In this document: piece after piece, positions 40,254 to 43,466 of the stretch
How the letters are laid out: every line of letters starts with the position of its first letter
How positions within the stretch are numbered: the first letter of the stretch is position 1
Position numbers and translations under genes: made by a program
From: a virus
Reading direction: 5' to 3' (one strand)
Virus record (IMG/VR): IMGVR_UViG_3300045988_091197
Length of the DNA stretch: 43,466 nucleotides
Notes under the pieces: generated by a model
Database searches by the model: none
What the model was told of the DNA's origin: nothing
The model's input: only the letters and a program-made list of their open reading frames with translations

Positions 40254-41124
40254 CGGCGGAGGAAAAGGCGCGTTAGTGCAGGCAGAGAAAAGCGGAACAC
40301 TGGGCTGCGGCAATGACCAGACGATATTCTGCCTGCAAGGCGATGGCATCGACAGAGCCGACACTGCCGGATGTAACGGTAAAGGCTGGCGGGAAAATAC
40401 GTGCTATACGTTGAATACCATAGACCGACCGGCAGTGTGCGCCGGGTTCAAGCTGGGCAACAGCGAACAGGCGCGGAGCATAGGCTATCAGGAGGAACTG
40501 TCTCCTACACTGAACGCCGAGTGCGGCGGGAATAAGCCCGCAGTGGTGGCGCTGGACATGACACACGCCTGTGACGTCATCCGCGAGTGCGGGCAAATCG
40601 TGCCCAGTCTCCAAGCGCGTATGGGCACCGGTGGCAATCAAGTTCCGCTGACATACCAGATGAACGGGTTTGGAGATTACCGCGCCGCCGAGGTTGCAAG
40701 CAGTTGTAAGCAACGGGACTTTAAGGACAGCACAGACCTTGTTATCACACACATGGTGGTGCGCCGCCTGACGCCGATGGAGTGCGAACGGCTGCAAGGG
40801 TTTCCCGACCGCTGGACTGACATCGGCGAGTGGACGGACGAAAAGGGAAAGAAGCACAAGGACGCGGACAGCCCACGGTACAAGGCGCTGGGCAACTCCA
40901 TCGCCCTTCCCTTCTGGGACTGGATGCTGCGGCGCATGGCGCGGTATCTGCCCGAACACGCTACTCTCGGCTCGCTCTTTGACGGCATAGGAGGTTTTCC
41001 GTTGGTCTGGCAGGAGACACACGGCGATTATACGGCGCGTTGGGCATCGGAGATTGAGGAGTTCCCGATAGCGGTGACAAAGCTTCGTTTCCCTGAACCT
41101 GAAACAAAGGAGAAACTGCAATGA
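39940..41124 (+). CDS. C5-cytosine DNA methyltransferase, part B (target-recognition region, motifs IX and X, then motifs I and II at the C-terminus); a different frame that overlaps part A
   Basis: GGAGGG lies 7-8 nt before ATG 39940. RRLTPMECERLQGFP is at 40762-40806, GNS at 40891-40899 and FDGIGG at 40978-40995. The ORF-track start at 39754 gives junk-like sequence up to 39940. The true start, or a frameshift join with part A, is uncertain. Confidence 0.6.
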   Translation: MKWEDDGAWCGELTTRNTGECPNAVVVSRLSQILEETPHPKYNLTAKACQGILRRAERRGKDLPKLLKQVLIQQSQGASPQERTEAPAPTETPTSYAVRIRGGCDGGGKGALVQAEKSGTLGCGNDQTIFCLQGDGIDRADTAGCNGKGWRENTCYTLNTIDRPAVCAGFKLGNSEQARSIGYQEELSPTLNAECGGNKPAVVALDMTHACDVIRECGQIVPSLQARMGTGGNQVPLTYQMNGFGDYRAAEVASSCKQRDFKDSTDLVITHMVVRRLTPMECERLQGFPDRWTDIGEWTDEKGKKHKDADSPRYKALGNSIALPFWDWMLRRMARYLPEHATLGSLFDGIGGFPLVWQETHGDYTARWASEIEEFPIAVTKLRFPEPETKEKLQ

Positions 41125-41285
41125 GATTTAAGGCGGCAAAAACAACAAACGAATTCATATTGATACCAACATTCGGCTGGATAAATGAGCGCTATTATTA
41201 CGGCTACCCGGTTATCGCCATTGCTTTTGCATGGCTGTGCTGGCGGTGCAAAATCGAAATCGGAGTCAAGAAGTATAGGAGGTAA
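41121..41285 (+). CDS. Small hypothetical protein (54 aa, one hydrophobic segment)
   Basis: Coupled by ATGA to the upstream gene. Translated by hand. Confidence 0.45.
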   Translation: MRFKAAKTTNEFILIPTFGWINERYYYGYPVIAIAFAWLCWRCKIEIGVKKYRR

Positions 41286-41288
41286 ATT

Positions 41289-41489
41289 ATGGCTGAACTG
41301 AAACCTTGCCCATTCTGCGGTGGAGAAGTTGAAGAACGTGGCGGCTCATGCAATTACGGGAAACACATTATGACATTGGACTTAAAGTGTAAAGGTTGTG
41401 AAACCGCTTTTAAGTTTAAGGCAAAATGGTCAAGCGACCCGTATAACGAAAAGCATGAAGCATGGAACAGGAGGGCTGACAATGGCTGA
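41289..41489 (+). CDS. Lar-family restriction-alleviation-like zinc-ribbon protein
   Basis: The sequence MAELKPCPFCGG...CKGC...EAWNRRA matches the Lar family signature. AGGAGG RBS. Confidence 0.65.
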   Translation: MAELKPCPFCGGEVEERGGSCNYGKHIMTLDLKCKGCETAFKFKAKWSSDPYNEKHEAWNRRADNG

Positions 41490-41826
41490 AAGAAACCTTG
41501 TTGCGGTCAGTATCAAGCATACGATATACGGTTGGAAGTTCGGTATGCCGTGCTGGCTGTGGGGAAGCAGAACAAAAGACGAAGAGAAGCGGTCGTTTGG
41601 CGGTTATACACAATATCCTAACAACGCAGAAGTGTACTCTCTCGAAGAGTGGCAGGAAAGCGGTTATGGTGCTGGCGATGTATGCAAGGTGGATGAACCG
41701 GTGCAGATGTGTATCGGTTTTTGCAAGAAATACAAAAAGTACGACACCGTACTTGTTCCACTCGATCAGTACGTCAAATACTGCGAGTGCGCTTGCTTGC
41801 CACTGGATAAACCAAAGGAGGACTGA
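41482..41826 (+). CDS. Hypothetical protein (114 aa, Cys-rich)
   Basis: ATG 41482 follows GGAACAGGAGGG and overlaps the Lar-like gene by 8 nt. Confidence 0.6.
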   Translation: MAERNLVAVSIKHTIYGWKFGMPCWLWGSRTKDEEKRSFGGYTQYPNNAEVYSLEEWQESGYGAGDVCKVDEPVQMCIGFCKKYKKYDTVLVPLDQYVKYCECACLPLDKPKED

Positions 41827-41828
41827 CA

Positions 41829-42008
41829 ATGGATGAATACATAGGCCTAAAAAAGCTGCTTGCCAAAATCGACGAGGCATTTTTTGAAACTGACCCCGAC
41901 GGGAAAGAACAGATAGGCGTGCTGAAATGCAGGGCAATTATCCGCAAAATCCCCGCCTCTGACGTTGCGCCGGTGCGGCATGGGCGTGTGGGTGCTGTGC
42001 GACATTGA
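41829..42008 (+). CDS. Hypothetical protein (59 aa)
   Basis: Translated by hand: MDEYIGLKKLLAKIDEAFFETDPDGKEQIG...; AAGGAGGA RBS upstream. Confidence 0.5.
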   Translation: MDEYIGLKKLLAKIDEAFFETDPDGKEQIGVLKCRAIIRKIPASDVAPVRHGRVGAVRH

Positions 42009-42048
42009 GCTGCTCAAGCTGATTTTTGGGAGGAGGTGACGCAAAATA

Positions 42049-42210
42049 ATGCGAAATCCGTGCAAAGACTGCATTTATTATCACCAAGAGAATAAAACTT
42101 GCCAATCAAAGAAATGCGCTACGGGCGGTAGCGGAAAAGTGTCTTGGGTTGATAGACTGTTTTGTTCGCCATGCAAAAAGACCGGAGGTAACAGCGATGC
42201 GACTGATTGA
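42049..42210 (+). CDS. Small Cys-rich protein (53 aa)
   Basis: GGGAGGAGGTGA RBS, 9-nt spacer. Sequence MRNPCKDCIYYHQENKTCQSKKC...CSPCKK. Confidence 0.55.
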   Translation: MRNPCKDCIYYHQENKTCQSKKCATGGSGKVSWVDRLFCSPCKKTGGNSDATD

Positions 42211-42234
42211 TGGTGACGCGGAAAGGAGAAACAC

Positions 42235-42333
42235 ATGATACATTGGCTATGGGCGCTCGCGGCGTTTATCCTCGGCGGCTCGCTTGGCGCCTTGATAATG
42301 GCCGTCATTATCGGAGGGAGCCGCGGCGATTAA
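42235..42333 (+). CDS. 32-aa single-TM peptide
   Basis: GAAAGGAG RBS. Sequence MIHWLWALAAFILGGSLGALIMAVIIGGSRGD. Confidence 0.45.
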   Translation: MIHWLWALAAFILGGSLGALIMAVIIGGSRGD

Positions 42334-42357
42334 GTGTGACGCAAAACAAAGCGGACA

Positions 42358-42591
42358 ATGTTTGGAAGGCGGTATGACATGGGCAAACATTACATATCCA
42401 AAGAGGCGTGCTGCCCCTTTTATCGTTGTGAGGACGCGCAGGCAATATACTGCGAGGGAGTAGAGCCGGGGACGGCGCTCAGACTGACGTTTGCAGGCAG
42501 CGCCATTGAGTACAAGCATATTTATTGCCGAGATATCCACAACTATGCGGATTGCAGGATTGCCCGGATGCTTGCAGGCAAATGGGCATAG
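42358..42591 (+). CDS. Small Cys-rich protein upstream of terS (alternative start ATG 42379)
   Basis: Sequence ...KEACCPFYRCEDAQAIYCEGVEPG...YCRDIHNYADCRIARML. Confidence 0.6.
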   Translation: MFGRRYDMGKHYISKEACCPFYRCEDAQAIYCEGVEPGTALRLTFAGSAIEYKHIYCRDIHNYADCRIARMLAGKWA

Positions 42592-42595
42592 TTCA

Positions 42596-42626
42596 AACGG
42601 GAGGTTTCTTGCCTCCCGTTATTTTT
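42596..42626 (+). terminator. Rho-independent terminator separating the early genes from the packaging operon
   Basis: aacgggagg tttcttg cctcccgtt, followed by ATTTTT. Confidence 0.85.
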
Positions 42627-42665
42627 CGCTGTAGGGGGGATTTAGTTTCGGAGCTGCGAGATGCT

Positions 42666-43184
42666 ATGCTTGGAGCAGACGACCGGGAGGGAGGCAACTT
42701 GAGCAAAAAGCAGGGCAAGCCCAATTGGGCGAAAATCCAAGCTGAATATATCGCGGGCGGCACATCGTACAGGCTGCTGTGTGCAAAGTACGGAGTGCCC
42801 ATGTCGACGCTTCGCCGGCACGCTACGAGCGAACAGTGGGTGGAAAAGGCTGCACAGGTCAAGCGCGAGGCGGACGTGGCCATACACGAGGCTGCTGTGT
42901 CCACACGGATAGACGCGGCGGCAGATTTTGAAACGCTTGCGGCGGCCATGACACAGCGCATAGCAGAGGCGATTGAGCGCTGCGATACCTCAAACGCAAA
43001 GGCCGTAAACCTGCTTACCGACGCGCTGGCGACCCTGCAGCGCATACAGGGGCTTAACAAGGATAGTCTGGATAAGGCCGAGCAGCAGGCGCGCATTGAC
43101 AAGCTTCGCAAGGACAGCGAGAGCAGCACAACGTCTGAGGTAACGGTAAGTTTCGCCCCGGACGTCAGGGAGTATGGCGTATGA
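42666..43184 (+). CDS. terS: Terminase small subunit (HTH type); start uncertain (ATG 42666 or TTG 42699)
   Basis: Sequence ...KPNWAKIQAEYIAGGTSYRLLCAKYGVPMSTLRRHATSEQW... The stop codon overlaps the terL ATG (ATGA). The ORF-track start at 42525 would cross the terminator and overlap the upstream gene. Confidence 0.7.
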   Translation: MLGADDREGGNLSKKQGKPNWAKIQAEYIAGGTSYRLLCAKYGVPMSTLRRHATSEQWVEKAAQVKREADVAIHEAAVSTRIDAAADFETLAAAMTQRIAEAIERCDTSNAKAVNLLTDALATLQRIQGLNKDSLDKAEQQARIDKLRKDSESSTTSEVTVSFAPDVREYGV

Positions 43185-43466
43185 GCAGCTTTACGTTTCC
43201 GCCGCCGAACGAAAAGCAAGCGCTTTTTTTAACGGATACGCACAAGTACATCGGCTTCGGCGGTGCGCGAGGCGGCGGCAAGAGCTGGGCGGTGCGCGTT
43301 AAGGCTGTTTTGCTGTGCCTCAACTACCCCGGCATAAAGGTTATGATAATTCGGCGCACGTACCCGGAGCTGCAAGAGAACCACATTATCCCACTGTGCG
43401 AGATGCTGCACTGCCACGCGGAGGACAAGACGCAGCGTGTAGCGAGCTACAACGATGCAAAAAAGC
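43181..43466 (+). CDS. terL: Terminase large subunit, N-terminal part (continues at base 120 of the circle)
   Basis: MSSFTFPPPNEKQALFLTDTHKYIGFGGARGGGKSWAVR contains a Walker A motif. The frame is open to the window end and in phase with 2-1282. Confidence 0.9.
   Translation, partial: MSSFTFPPPNEKQALFLTDTHKYIGFGGARGGGKSWAVRVKAVLLCLNYPGIKVMIIRRTYPELQENHIIPLCEMLHCHAEDKTQRVASYNDAKK
43348..43466. repeat. Terminal overlap, identical to 1-119
   Basis: Base-by-base identity with the window start. Confidence 0.95.

Noticed and set aside
42525-42665. N-terminal extension of terS, as given by ORF-track entry 42525..43184.
   Set aside because: It would overlap the upstream gene by 67 nt and read through the strong terminator at 42596-42626. 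The recognisable terS sequence begins after 42666.
1-43466. Host chromosomal flanks or prophage boundaries (attL/attR) within the window.
   Set aside because: The exact 119-bp overlap lies inside an intact terL frame, and every part of the window is phage-like. This indicates a circular phage genome rather than an integrated prophage with flanks.

Overview
The window is a complete, circularly permuted temperate dsDNA phage genome. Bases 1-119 are identical to 43348-43466, which gives a unit length of 43,347 bp, and the large terminase gene runs in phase across that junction. The sequence is GC-rich with a strong G/C preference at third codon positions. Almost every gene has a Firmicutes-style AGGAGG ribosome-binding site, many genes are coupled by ATGA overlaps, and the host is probably a Clostridia-like Firmicute (inference). 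Modules in order: (1) terL, portal, Prp-type protease, scaffold and major capsid (1-6.1 kb). (2) A compact tail and virion module with no recognisable tail tube, sheath or tape measure (6.1-12.0 kb). (3) One 4062-codon gene for a polyvalent DarB-like protein with zincin, N6-methylase and SNF2/Sbno helicase modules (12.0-24.2 kb). (4) A lysis cassette: NlpC/P60 endolysin, XhlA-like protein and holin. (5) A small sigma-region-4-like regulator. (6) A five-gene cargo cassette (26.4-28.4 kb). (7) attP, built on a 3-prime fragment of tRNA-Ser(GCU) with flanking arm-type repeats, followed by the minus-strand lysogeny module: integrase, a membrane-anchored XRE protein, a YHYH protein, a membrane protein and a CI-like repressor. 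(8) Back-to-back immunity promoters. (9) A roughly 0.5-kb non-coding, highly structured region. (10) Early genes: Xis-like protein, Rad52-like annealase, SSB, replisome organizer with embedded iterons, DnaC-like loader, NinB-like and HNH-like proteins, a circularly permuted two-frame C5-methyltransferase, a Lar-like protein and small Cys-rich ORFs. (11) terS. The most unusual signals are: (a) a protein-like 136-codon ORF with its own SD and ATG overprinted in the +1 frame on the methylase-helicase linker of the giant gene; (b) the permuted, dual-frame C5-methyltransferase with a G7 tract; (c) the non-coding element at 32.9-33.4 kb, closed by a 26-bp stem and carrying an antisense mini-ORF unit. 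All functional calls rest on motifs read by eye. No database search was possible.
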